Numbered from the stretch's first letter, positions 45,021 through 53,902 are shown. The stretch: 64,000 nucleotides of DNA from Lachnospiraceae bacterium (GCA_045627305.1 JAZQNM010000037.1:16962-80961), one strand, 5' to 3'. A program made the numbers and translations. The notes: generated by a model not told the origin, from the letters alone.

Positions 45021-47264
45021 TTACTGCTTGTTCTGTTCTGCGTAGTAGTTAATCAGGCAACCGTCGAGGATGATTGTCTTTTCGTCGTTGGTAAGACCTT
45101 TGACATAAAGCTTAATCTCATCGATGGAACCGTCCGCCTTCAAAACCTTGGCAAGGAATTCTTCCTGACCATTCTTGATGCCTTCGCGAACGTTCGGAAC
45201 GAATACGTAATCGCCTTCACTGTAAGGGAATTCAGCACCCTCTGGAAGGGTGAACGGAAGAATACCCCAGTTGATGCAGTTACTTCTGTAACGCTTGGTG
45301 GCATATTCGTAGCAGATATTTGCATAACCGCCGAGAACCTTCTGGCATGATGCGGCCTGCTCACGTGCTGAACCGTCACCGGGCTTATTGGCAAACACGC
45401 AGGAACCATACTGCGTGTTCTTAAGTAATTCGCCTGCATTACCGAAGTTCGAAAGTACCTTTACGAGTTCCTCCGGAGCTTTGCCGTCTCTTCTTTCCAA
45501 ATCCAGTGCATGAATTGCCTTGCTGCGGCCTACGTATTCGGGAACACGGCGGGAAAGGGCAAATTCGGAAAGACGAAGTGGATTGGAACGATAGGAACTT
45601 GTCTCACCGGAAGGAATCAGCTCATCGGTTGTCGTAACCGGATCACGGATTACTGCAGCAAGCTTAACAAGAAGGTTGTCGGTAAGTGCTTCCATCTTAG
45701 GCCAGTCGGTAATGTTCGGTCCGAGAATCAACTCGGCATCCTTATCGGCCTTGCCGTAGCCGTAGTAGAGACGGTTACGATATACAGACTTATCAAAATG
45801 ATACTCATGTGCGGGTACTTCATAATCAATATCGGTTGCAGCGGTAATGACACCACCGTTTGCTGCGGTTGCAGCTATGCTTCTGGCATCCATCAGTGCT
45901 ACGCCGCAAAGCTGACCGTCACTCGGTTTACTTCCTTCACGGTTCGGGAAGTTTCTCGTTGTATGACGAAGAGAAAGACCGTCATTGGCAGGAACGTCTC
46001 CGGCACCGAAGCAGGGACCACAGAAGGAAGGCTTAATAACGGCACCGGCCTTCAAAAGCTCAGCGGTCGCACCAACCTTGGTAAGTTCCAAACTAACCGG
46101 AACACTTGTCGGATATACGTTCAAAGAGAAATAACCGTTGCCGCAGCTCTTATCCTTCAAAATGGAAGCGGCTTCATCGATGTTGTCGAAAAGACCGCCT
46201 GCACAGCCTGCGATTACACCCTGATCGGCGTAAACCTTTCCGTCCTTAACCTTATCGGTGAGATGATAGGTAACACCCTTGAACTTTGTTGCAGCTTCCT
46301 TCTCGACGGACTCGAGAATCTCCTTCGCATTTGCCACGAACTCATGAATGGTGTAAGCGTTAGAAGGATGGAAGGGAAGAGCAATCATGGACTCAGCCTT
46401 ATCAAGATCAAGTTCGATGAAACGGTCATAGTAAGCACCATTCTTGGGCTCAAGTCTCTTATAGCACTCTGCACGCTCGTGTGTCTTATAGAAACCTTCG
46501 GTAATCTCATCGGTTTCCCAGATGGAACTCAGGCAGGTCGTCTCGGTTGTCATAACGTCGATACCGTTACGGAAATCAATCGGAAGATTCTTGATGCCGG
46601 GTCCTACGAACTCGAGTACACGGTTCTTTACAAAACCGTTGGCAAACGTTGCCTTTACCAAAGAAAGAGCGATGTCATGAGGTCCGATACCGCGCTTCGG
46701 CTTGCCGGTAACATAAACAAGAACAACCTCAGGCATATCAAGATCCCATGTGTTCTTAAGAAGCTGTTTTACAAGCTCGGGACCGCCTTCGCCGACACCC
46801 ATGGTACCAAGCGCACCATAACGGGTATGGGAATCAGAGCCGAGAATCATATTGCCGCATTGTGCAAGTTCTTCACGTGCATAAGAGTGGATGACACTCT
46901 GATTGGCAGGTACGTAGATACCGCCGAATTTCTTCGCTGCGGAAAGACCGAATACATGGTCATCCTCGTTGATGGTGCCGCCAACAGCACATAAAGAGTT
47001 GTGGCAGTTCGTCATCGCATAGGGAAGCGGAAACTCGGTAAGTCCGCTGGCACGTGCGGTCTGGATGATGCCGACATAAGTGATGTCGTGGCTGACCATG
47101 GCGTCAAACTTTATTTTTAATTTGTCCGGATTGCCGGAAGTGTTGTGAGCATTCAAAATAGAATAAGCGATTGTATTCTTGCGTGCTTCTGCAGGACTTA
47201 GGTTACAGTCCGTAACCGGTACACCATTATTCAGAAATACACCGCCTTCGTGCAATGTAATCAT
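45021..47264 (-). CDS. acn: Aconitate hydratase (~750-aa mitochondrial-like type)
   Basis: Fe-S ligand contexts (GSDSHT, CGPCFG, C..C) and a swivel domain at the C-terminus. The ATG at 47264 is preceded by AGGAGA. The longer ORF-track start lies upstream of the predicted promoter and TSS, so it cannot be used. Confidence 0.88.
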   Translation of the reverse strand: MITLHEGGVFLNNGVPVTDCNLSPAEARKNTIAYSILNAHNTSGNPDKLKIKFDAMVSHDITYVGIIQTARASGLTEFPLPYAMTNCHNSLCAVGGTINEDDHVFGLSAAKKFGGIYVPANQSVIHSYAREELAQCGNMILGSDSHTRYGALGTMGVGEGGPELVKQLLKNTWDLDMPEVVLVYVTGKPKRGIGPHDIALSLVKATFANGFVKNRVLEFVGPGIKNLPIDFRNGIDVMTTETTCLSSIWETDEITEGFYKTHERAECYKRLEPKNGAYYDRFIELDLDKAESMIALPFHPSNAYTIHEFVANAKEILESVEKEAATKFKGVTYHLTDKVKDGKVYADQGVIAGCAGGLFDNIDEAASILKDKSCGNGYFSLNVYPTSVPVSLELTKVGATAELLKAGAVIKPSFCGPCFGAGDVPANDGLSLRHTTRNFPNREGSKPSDGQLCGVALMDARSIAATAANGGVITAATDIDYEVPAHEYHFDKSVYRNRLYYGYGKADKDAELILGPNITDWPKMEALTDNLLVKLAAVIRDPVTTTDELIPSGETSSYRSNPLRLSEFALSRRVPEYVGRSKAIHALDLERRDGKAPEELVKVLSNFGNAGELLKNTQYGSCVFANKPGDGSAREQAASCQKVLGGYANICYEYATKRYRSNCINWGILPFTLPEGAEFPYSEGDYVFVPNVREGIKNGQEEFLAKVLKADGSIDEIKLYVKGLTNDEKTIILDGCLINYYAEQNKQ

Positions 47265-47307
47265 AGGAAATCTCCTTACTGTTCTTATTTTTTCGCATAC
47301 ATAATTT

Positions 47308-47336
47308 ATTATAGAAAATTCGGCTGTTTCTGTCAA
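47308..47336 (-). promoter_or_regulatory. Perfect-consensus sigma-A promoter of acn-icd
   Basis: On the minus strand: TTGACA, 17-nt spacer, TATAAT. Confidence 0.75.
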
Positions 47337-47489
47337 TATGTGCGGGAGACCGGATGGCATTTTTCGGAAACTTCTTTTATTGTATTTTGCAGTTGGATAC
47401 TAAGTCTTTTCTGTTCTTGTGCATAACATATAAATATATGGCAAACTTTCTCTGTTTTTAACAATTTTTTGTGAATTTGAAAAAAGAAA

Positions 47490-47518
47490 ATGACAAAGTA
47501 CAAAAAGTATGATATAGT
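47490..47518 (+). promoter_or_regulatory. Putative promoter of the membrane-protein / WYL::HAD operon
   Basis: ATGACA, 17-nt spacer, TGaTATAGT (extended -10). Confidence 0.5.
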
Positions 47519-47532
47519 CTATTTGTGTGATG

Positions 47533-47554
47533 AAACTACAAAATGTTGTAGTTT
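47533..47554 (+). promoter_or_regulatory. Perfect 9-bp inverted repeat just downstream of the promoter (candidate operator or 5' stem-loop)
   Basis: AAACTACAA-AATG-TTGTAGTTT, about +8 to +30 relative to the predicted TSS. Confidence 0.45.
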
Positions 47555-47624
47555 AAGGACATTTTCTTTTTAGAAGAGAATCGATTATTTTCGAATGAAG
47601 TATTGTTATTTTGGAGGATTGGTC

Positions 47625-48422
47625 ATGAGTGTGAATTCGGTGGTAAAACATTCTGTTATGCCGAAGGATATGTATCTGGCTAAGATGTGGAAGAGCGAGA
47701 AGGTTTATATTGGGGAATCCGAATATGAACTTGTGATTTCTCCTGCTGCAAGAAAGAACGGAGCAATTCAGTACCATATTGGTGCTTTTCAAGAAGGTAA
47801 GGTTGTTACCTTTCAGGATTTGAATCAATCTCTGTATGAAGTTACTGTTCAGAAATATATTGATGAGTTGAATGCGAGATTGGCGTCTCTGATTAATCAG
47901 CATGTAAGATGGGTGAATACCGGTAATCATGATATTTATGTTTCCTATGGTACACTGGAGCAGTGGACAGAAGGGAATTCCTTAAAGACTACAGGTATTC
48001 GTATCATTCTTATGGTGAAGAATGTTGAGAATCTTCCTGATACGGAAGAGGTTCTTTTACGGAAACTGATTAAAGGTGAATTGATTGAGTGGATGGAAAC
48101 GGTCCTGAATGATAAGCCGGCGATTACTAAGACGAAAGAGGATTATGCGCATGATATTGTAAGGGTGATGGATACCTCTATGATTCCGCATACGGACCAA
48201 GCCTTTAATTCCCTTCCGATTATGACAATCCTTGCAATGGTTGCATGCGGTCTTGCATTGATTAATATGAAACTGATTTTGTGTCAGATTATTTCCATGG
48301 TTATCAGTGCATATGCCGCTTATCGTGCCTATAAGAAGGATGAGAAACCTTATTTGTATGTAAATCTTGGAATTATGTTGATTTCCGTATATCTGATTTA
48401 TTACGGTACATCCATACAGTAA
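47625..48422 (+). CDS. Hypothetical membrane protein (soluble ~195-aa N-domain plus 3 C-terminal TM helices)
   Basis: ATG after GGAGG. I recognise no family. TM helices are LPIMTILAMVACGLALINM, LILCQIISMVISAYAAYRAY and YLYVNLGIMLISVYLIYYG. A 9-nt gap separates it from the next gene. Confidence 0.6.
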   Translation: MSVNSVVKHSVMPKDMYLAKMWKSEKVYIGESEYELVISPAARKNGAIQYHIGAFQEGKVVTFQDLNQSLYEVTVQKYIDELNARLASLINQHVRWVNTGNHDIYVSYGTLEQWTEGNSLKTTGIRIILMVKNVENLPDTEEVLLRKLIKGELIEWMETVLNDKPAITKTKEDYAHDIVRVMDTSMIPHTDQAFNSLPIMTILAMVACGLALINMKLILCQIISMVISAYAAYRAYKKDEKPYLYVNLGIMLISVYLIYYGTSIQ

Positions 48423-48431
48423 GCTGATTTT

Positions 48432-50036
48432 ATGGCTAAGTCTATCTATCAAAAACTGAAAATATTATATCTCCTTAAGATTTTATGGGAATATACGGAT
48501 GAGAATCATGGTGTCGGTATGGCTGAAATCATTGATAGACTCGCCGAATTCGGAATTGAGGCCGAGCGGAAGAGTATCTACGATGATTTTGAGATGTTGG
48601 ACCATTTTGGATTTGAAGTTTCCAAGAACTATGACGGTCATCGTGTTGTATACTCCCTGATTTCAAGGAATTTTTCTGTCGGGGAGCTGAAACTGCTTGT
48701 AGATGCGGTTCAGTCTTCCCGTTTTTTAACGAGAAAACGTTCTGAGGAATTAACGGAAAAGCTCACGACTCTTCTTAGTGTCTACGACGCATCGGAACTG
48801 GAACGTCAGGTTCAGGTTTCCGGTCGTGTAAAGATGATGAATGAGAACATTTTTGTATGCATTGATACGATTCATGCCGCAATTTCTCAAAATCATCCGA
48901 TTGCATTTGATTATATGGAATGGAATGATAAGCGTCAGCTTACTAAACGCGCAGACGGTAGCAAAAAGCATATCAGCCCGTTTGCACTTGTATGGGACAA
49001 TGAATTCTATTATTTAGTTGCATTTGACCCATTGAAGAATGACCTCAGACATTACCGCGTGGATAAGATGCAGCATGTGGAAATTGAAGACGGCGTTCGG
49101 GAAGGCAGAAATCTTTTGGAAGAGGCTGAAATAGAGACCTATGTTGAACAACGGTTTTCTATGTTCGCCGGAAAGAAACAGGCGATTACGGTAGAGTGCA
49201 CAAAGCCTTTTCTGGGGCCGTTTATCGATCGTTTTGGAGATGATTTACATATTCGAAAGAATGGAGATTTATACCGTCTTAATTTTCATGTGGCGGTTAC
49301 AGAGGTTTTTCTTGGTTGGATTGCCGGGCTTTCTGATAATGTCAGAATAGTGGAACCGCAGTCAGTTGTTGATTCCATGGCGAGTTTCGCGGCGAAACTA
49401 TGTAAGAGGCATGCAAATCGCAGAATTCGAGCTGTGATTCTGGACCTCGGTATGGTTTTGGTTAATTTTCGTTATATGGATTTTATGAAGGAACTCGGTT
49501 TTGATGATGAAACAGCTGGATTCTTTCGGACAAATATCATTCTTTCTGAACTATGGCGTGGACTGGATCGTGCTAAATATACGCAGGATGAGTTGTCTTT
49601 GATTCTGCAGACACAGTATCCGCAATATAAATATGAGATTTCACATTTTTTTGAAGAGATTGAATGGATTGTCGAGGAATACCCGGATGCGGAGAGAATT
49701 GTACGAGAACTGAAGGATAAGGGGTATGAGGTATATATTCTGACGAATTATCCTGAACATATGTATCGGATTCAGAGCCCGAAATGGAAGTTCCTTCCCT
49801 TTACGGACGGAGCGGTTGTTTCTGCGTTTGAGAAAATGTCAAAGCCATCAGAAGCATTTTACCGGTGCCTTCTAAATCGTTACGGTCTGAATCCGGAAGA
49901 ATGTGTTTTTGTAGATGATAGTACGGATAATGTGGAAGCGGCGCAATCAATAGGAATCCACGGTATTGTTGCAGACCATCGCGAAGAAGCCTTCCGGACG
50001 CTTTTCGAGTATCTTCGAATTTGTGGGAAGGAGTGA
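48432..50036 (+). CDS. Fusion: HTH-WYL-WCX transcriptional regulator plus HAD-IA (YihX-like) phosphatase domain
   Basis: N-terminal wHTH (LKILYLLKILWEYTDENHGVGMAEIIDRL), WYL domain (PIAFDY..ISPFALVWDNEFYYLVAF..LRHYRVDKM), and WCX-like segment (VFLGWIAGLSDNVRIVEP). HAD motifs follow: I LDLGMVLV, II ILTN, III SKPS, IV FVDDSTDN. Confidence 0.75.
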   Translation: MAKSIYQKLKILYLLKILWEYTDENHGVGMAEIIDRLAEFGIEAERKSIYDDFEMLDHFGFEVSKNYDGHRVVYSLISRNFSVGELKLLVDAVQSSRFLTRKRSEELTEKLTTLLSVYDASELERQVQVSGRVKMMNENIFVCIDTIHAAISQNHPIAFDYMEWNDKRQLTKRADGSKKHISPFALVWDNEFYYLVAFDPLKNDLRHYRVDKMQHVEIEDGVREGRNLLEEAEIETYVEQRFSMFAGKKQAITVECTKPFLGPFIDRFGDDLHIRKNGDLYRLNFHVAVTEVFLGWIAGLSDNVRIVEPQSVVDSMASFAAKLCKRHANRRIRAVILDLGMVLVNFRYMDFMKELGFDDETAGFFRTNIILSELWRGLDRAKYTQDELSLILQTQYPQYKYEISHFFEEIEWIVEEYPDAERIVRELKDKGYEVYILTNYPEHMYRIQSPKWKFLPFTDGAVVSAFEKMSKPSEAFYRCLLNRYGLNPEECVFVDDSTDNVEAAQSIGIHGIVADHREEAFRTLFEYLRICGKE

Positions 50037-50789
50037 AAAACCGTTCTTTTTTGCCACGGCTACAGATGCCGGATTTTCCCGACTGATGATTGCGAGTATG
50101 GGAGTTTCCCCGATATAAGGTAGCATTCTTGACAGAAATGCTTTTAATGCAGCGGTCATCATCCCTTTGTTTCGATACTTGGGAACAATATAATAGGAGA
50201 TATTGATTGCCATATCAGTAAGTTCGGAATGCTCCAAAGCAATCTGGCCAATGATTTCATCGGTTTCTTTTATACTGAAGCCGTATACAGTATACAGCGG
50301 ATTCATTCGGGCATTTTCCATGTCATAGCAATAGCGCTTATGGAGTTCCTCTTCACTTAGATTTTGCAGACTTTTCGGTAGCAGATATGGCTCTTCCTGC
50401 TGAAGAGCATAAAGCCTTTTATAATCGGCAAATCCTAATCGCATATAGTCGAATTCTCCTGAGAAAAAGGCATAATGTGTTGTCTCGGTTGCATAGTCTG
50501 CGATATCGGATACATCCTCGGGATAAAGTTCCTCAATATCGGTTACCAGTTCTTTGGCTTGCAAATGATTTCCGTTATATTCATAGCCGACAGAACAGCC
50601 TCCTTGCTGTTCCCAAAGCGTCAGAACCTCCTGTACATCACTGAACAGAAGAGTTCCGGGTTCAGAAACTTCCATTCCTTCTTTGTAAGGGAACAGAAGA
50701 AATTCTCCGTCGAGCATATTTTCCTTAAAGAGATTTACAGAATCGGAATCCTTAACCGATTCGCTGAAATGATAAAATATTTTAAGCAT
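49947..50789 (-). CDS. GNAT-family N-acetyltransferase with ~120-aa N-terminal extension
   Basis: GNAT core (IGQIALEH, YYIVPKYRNKGMMTAALKAFL, AKKNGFSL). The 3' end overlaps the convergent WYL::HAD gene by 90 nt. Confidence 0.7.
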   Translation of the reverse strand: MLKIFYHFSESVKDSDSVNLFKENMLDGEFLLFPYKEGMEVSEPGTLLFSDVQEVLTLWEQQGGCSVGYEYNGNHLQAKELVTDIEELYPEDVSDIADYATETTHYAFFSGEFDYMRLGFADYKRLYALQQEEPYLLPKSLQNLSEEELHKRYCYDMENARMNPLYTVYGFSIKETDEIIGQIALEHSELTDMAINISYYIVPKYRNKGMMTAALKAFLSRMLPYIGETPILAIISRENPASVAVAKKNGFSLLPTNSKILEKRPEGFFAMVCNNTVDSY

Positions 50790-50867
50790 ACTTTTTTACT
50801 CCTTTGACAAGCTATAAACTATCACATTTTCCTATTATAAACAAGATGGAATATGGAGGATTATGAT

Positions 50868-51404
50868 ATGGAAATCGAAAGAAAATTTTTGCTGAATTCC
50901 CTACCGGATGATTTTGACACCTATGATTGCTGGGAAATGGAACAGGGATATCTGATAACGGAAGGATGTACGCTTCGCATTCGAAAGGCGAATGAAGACT
51001 GTTTTTTGACATTGAAGCAGAAGAAACCGGTACAGATTGGAAGCGTTGCAATAGAAAATGAGGAATTTGAAACCGAGATTCCAATTGAATCATACGAGGC
51101 ACTGAAAAAGCTTGCGGTTGGCGATTTTATTCAGAAGACAAGAACCCGTATACCTTACCTTACCAATCATGTAATTGAAGTTGATGTATTCCATGGAAAG
51201 TTGGAGGGACTTGTATTTGCCGAGATTGAGTATACGGACGAAGATGATGCTTTGAATCTTCCGATTCCGACTTGGTTTTCAAAAGATGTTTCCATGGATT
51301 CCAGATTCCGAAATGGAAAGTTAAAGAATATGGAACCTAAGGAAATAGAGGCATTTTTAGAGGAAATCAAGACGGTTGCATTGGTGCTTGACGATAAGGA
51401 GTGA
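50868..51404 (+). CDS. CYTH-domain protein (triphosphate tunnel metalloenzyme family)
   Basis: N-terminal EIERKFLL signature, alternating charged beta-strand pattern (LRIRK, TLKQK, EFETEI, VFAEIEY). 178 aa. The ATG at 50868 follows GGAGGA. Confidence 0.75.
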   Translation: MEIERKFLLNSLPDDFDTYDCWEMEQGYLITEGCTLRIRKANEDCFLTLKQKKPVQIGSVAIENEEFETEIPIESYEALKKLAVGDFIQKTRTRIPYLTNHVIEVDVFHGKLEGLVFAEIEYTDEDDALNLPIPTWFSKDVSMDSRFRNGKLKNMEPKEIEAFLEEIKTVALVLDDKE

Positions 51405-51445
51405 AGTAACACATTAAAGAGGTAGCAAGGTTTTATACGTTAGGG

Positions 51446-51472
51446 GCGGTTGATAATCAATCGCTCTTTTTT
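51446..51472 (+). terminator. Intrinsic terminator after the CYTH gene
   Basis: GCGGTTGA-TAA-TCAATCGC stem (one G:T pair) then TCTTTTTT. Confidence 0.6.
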
Positions 51473-51574
51473 GTATCATCGGAAATTGCGTCGCATTTCC
51501 TATGATACAAAAAACGCTCCGCTAAGGATGCACACTCACGAGCTCGGCGCGTAGAGTTTCACAAGCGAAACTCT
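51472..51574 (+). repeat. Three-hairpin intergenic repeat element, copy 2
   Basis: Hairpin 1 is TGTATCATCGGAAAT...ATTTCCTATGATACA. The core GCTCCGCTAAGGATGCACACTCACG is at 51516-51540. GCTCGGCGCG is at 51542-51551. Hairpin 3 is AGAGTTTC-ACAAGC-GAAACTCT (51553-51574). Confidence 0.65.
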
Positions 51575-51733
51575 TTATTCTTCGATATATTATTGCACGC
51601 TAAAATTTCTTGAATTATTTGTATTTTCGATTTTGTCAAGTACGAGTTTTTCACCCTATATGCAATTTTGACACTTGAACACACTTTATACATCCTTCTA
51701 TAATCGAATCACTATTTATTTATCGGAGGTACT

Positions 51734-52654
51734 ATGATGATTATTTCATTTTGGTCACCGGTGAAGAACGAGTATGTAAGTAGTATAACTGTACTTACAG
51801 CAATGGCGGGGTGTTCTGATTTTCTATGTAAAGTCGTCCTGGCTGAAAATTATGTGGGGGCTGACAATATCGGGCACTGTCTGTTCGGCGACACGTTCAA
51901 CCGGTTAAGGCGGGATTATGACCGCTATCAGTCAGAGTATTTTGAGTATGGAGATTCTTTTCTGAAATTCCTTAAAAAGGAGACCGGAAAGCAGATTTTT
52001 CAAAGCAGAACATTGGAGGTGATGCAAGAGCATCTGTATTTTATGCCAATGAATCAAAGTCTGAGACCGGATAGTTATGAGTTCGGTTTCGATTCAGAGT
52101 TTGAGGATATAAAAGAATTCTGTAATGCAAGGTTTGATTTTCTGTTTCTGAATGCTGCGAGTTCCGGTAACTTGAGTACGAAGACAATCTTACACTGTTC
52201 GGATCAGGTTGTGATCTGTCTGCCAACCGCCGAATGGGTTCTTGATGTAGTCATGGAGCGATATTCTTCGCTGCTTTCCAAATCTGTTATTTTATTTCAT
52301 GGTGAACCTGATTCAGGTTTTTTACGGAGAATGCGTAGAAAGTATCCGGCACTTCGTGAAAGAATGTTATTTCTTCCGGTAACCGAGGAGATGAAAGAGT
52401 CTATCCGTGAAGGAAGGATAATTGATTTTGGATATCGGCTTCGCAAGAAGAACCGTAAAGAAAAAGCTGACCCTGCCATGCAGAAAATCAGCTATCTTGC
52501 ATTTAGTATTTTGCGTAAGGAAAAGCATGAAACCAGACTAAAATATGAGGAAATGCGTGACCTGTTTGTAACAAGGAATACAGATGTATCAACACAGAGC
52601 AATTACTTTATACCGACAGATTATTCTTATGTCGCAGAACAGCGGAATTTCTAA
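51734..52654 (+). CDS. Hypothetical protein, degenerate ParA/MinD-like fold lacking a Walker A motif
   Basis: IISFWSP beta-strand, but the P-loop position reads VKNEYVSS. ParA-like later segments are present (VVLAEN, LYFMP, FDFLFLNAASSGNLSTKTILHCSDQVVICLP). C-terminal tail is basic. Confidence 0.5.
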   Translation: MMIISFWSPVKNEYVSSITVLTAMAGCSDFLCKVVLAENYVGADNIGHCLFGDTFNRLRRDYDRYQSEYFEYGDSFLKFLKKETGKQIFQSRTLEVMQEHLYFMPMNQSLRPDSYEFGFDSEFEDIKEFCNARFDFLFLNAASSGNLSTKTILHCSDQVVICLPTAEWVLDVVMERYSSLLSKSVILFHGEPDSGFLRRMRRKYPALRERMLFLPVTEEMKESIREGRIIDFGYRLRKKNRKEKADPAMQKISYLAFSILRKEKHETRLKYEEMRDLFVTRNTDVSTQSNYFIPTDYSYVAEQRNF

Positions 52655-53517
52655 AAGTCTTTGTTTCCAAAATAGAAGAGTGCAACTGTGCCGGGACCGG
52701 AATGGGATCCAATAGCGGGCCCGATAAAGTTGTATGTAATATCATTAATGCCGAATTTCTCGGTGATTAATCTGCCAATGTATTCAGCATCTTCTATACA
52801 ATCGCCATGTGATATGAATACTCGGTTATATGCAGAATCCATATTGGCTGTCATATTGTCAACTAAATCCAGCAAAGCCTTCTTACGTCCGCGTAGATTG
52901 TGCAAGGATACAAGATGACCTTCTCTGTCCATATGAAGAACGGGTTTAATATTCATCACATTACCCAAAAGTGCAGTTGTTTTGGAAATTCTTCCGCCAT
53001 TTCGCAGCGTTGCCAGATTATCCACGGTAAAATCAGCACATATTCTATAACGATATTCTTCCAATAAGCAGACCATTTCCTCATAGGAAAGTCCTTCTGA
53101 TTGCTTGGTAAGAGCAAAATCAACCAATAATCCCTGCCCCAAAGATGCAAGAAGGGAATCCACTACATGTATCTTTCGCTCCGGGTATTCCTCTGAAAGA
53201 ATTTTAGAGGCAAGTATCGCATTATTGCACGAACTGCTTAACGCACCGGAAAATGCTATATGGATTATGTCTTTACCATGATCTAACTGTGTACGAAAAA
53301 TGGTTAGAATGGTATCCAGATTACTGGCCATGGTTTTGGGAAAGTTTCCGTTTCGCATATTCGCATAGAACTCGCAAATAGGTAAATCTTGTTCCTCTCC
53401 ATAGATTTCCTTATCATCAAAGGAATAATAAAGAGGTACCTTGATGAGACTTTCATTTTTAAAATATTCTTCCGGCAGGTCGCAGGAAGCTTCGGTTGTA
53501 AATACATATTCGCTCAT
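52651..53517 (-). CDS. degV: DegV-family fatty-acid-binding protein
   Basis: 288 aa. Typical DegV N-terminus (FTTEASCDLPEEY), P.T.A.N, SG.LS.S, and the C-terminal GPAIGSHSGPG motif. Confidence 0.85.
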   Translation of the reverse strand: MSEYVFTTEASCDLPEEYFKNESLIKVPLYYSFDDKEIYGEEQDLPICEFYANMRNGNFPKTMASNLDTILTIFRTQLDHGKDIIHIAFSGALSSSCNNAILASKILSEEYPERKIHVVDSLLASLGQGLLVDFALTKQSEGLSYEEMVCLLEEYRYRICADFTVDNLATLRNGGRISKTTALLGNVMNIKPVLHMDREGHLVSLHNLRGRKKALLDLVDNMTANMDSAYNRVFISHGDCIEDAEYIGRLITEKFGINDITYNFIGPAIGSHSGPGTVALFYFGNKDF

Positions 53518-53802
53518 ATTTGCCTCAAACAGATAATGTGAAAACTTGTTATATGGGTTAGAAAACAACATTCAGTTAGCAAAGGAATCCGTACATTGTG
53601 GTATGATAAATTGTTACACATAGTTTTCAAAACCACATATACATTAACACAGTTTTTTTTTGAATGCAAGAAAAATGTTAAAAAGATTGAATTTCATATG
53701 GGTTTTCGTTGCTTTATAATTCGACATAATCGTTTTAATGAAGGAATCTGTCATCTGTTTGAAAGATGCGATGCCAAATTACTCTTTTCTGTTAAAAAAA
53801 AC

Positions 53803-53831
53803 TTTGCACACAGTAAACTTTGTGGTATAAT
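53803..53831 (+). promoter_or_regulatory. Putative sigma-A promoter of secDF-recJ
   Basis: TTTGCA, 17-nt spacer, TGgTATAAT (extended -10). Confidence 0.6.
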
Positions 53832-53902
53832 GCTTTTCAGTTAGTGCGCAGTATCCGGACATATTTCGGATACCAGCATATGTTTTGAGAGGAATACTGA
53901 TT

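Noticed and set aside
45510-46994. A 494-aa + strand ORF antisense to aconitase. Similar long antisense ORFs occur at 27827-28729, 44050-44814, 61694-62686, 62870-63802, 8277-8945, 38453-39118 and 41666-42340.
   Set aside because: Each lies fully inside, and opposite to, a gene with unmistakable conserved motifs (acn, xylB-like, icd, leuS, acyl-CoA ligase, ABC, pncA). Their translations are low-complexity with no recognisable motifs, RBS or promoter. This is the typical stop-codon-poor antisense frame of biased coding sequence.
53596-53844. An 82-aa ORF in the degV/secDF intergenic region.
   Set aside because: It is AT-rich, has no RBS, and its 3' end overlaps the predicted secDF promoter. 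Composition is atypical of coding sequence in this window.
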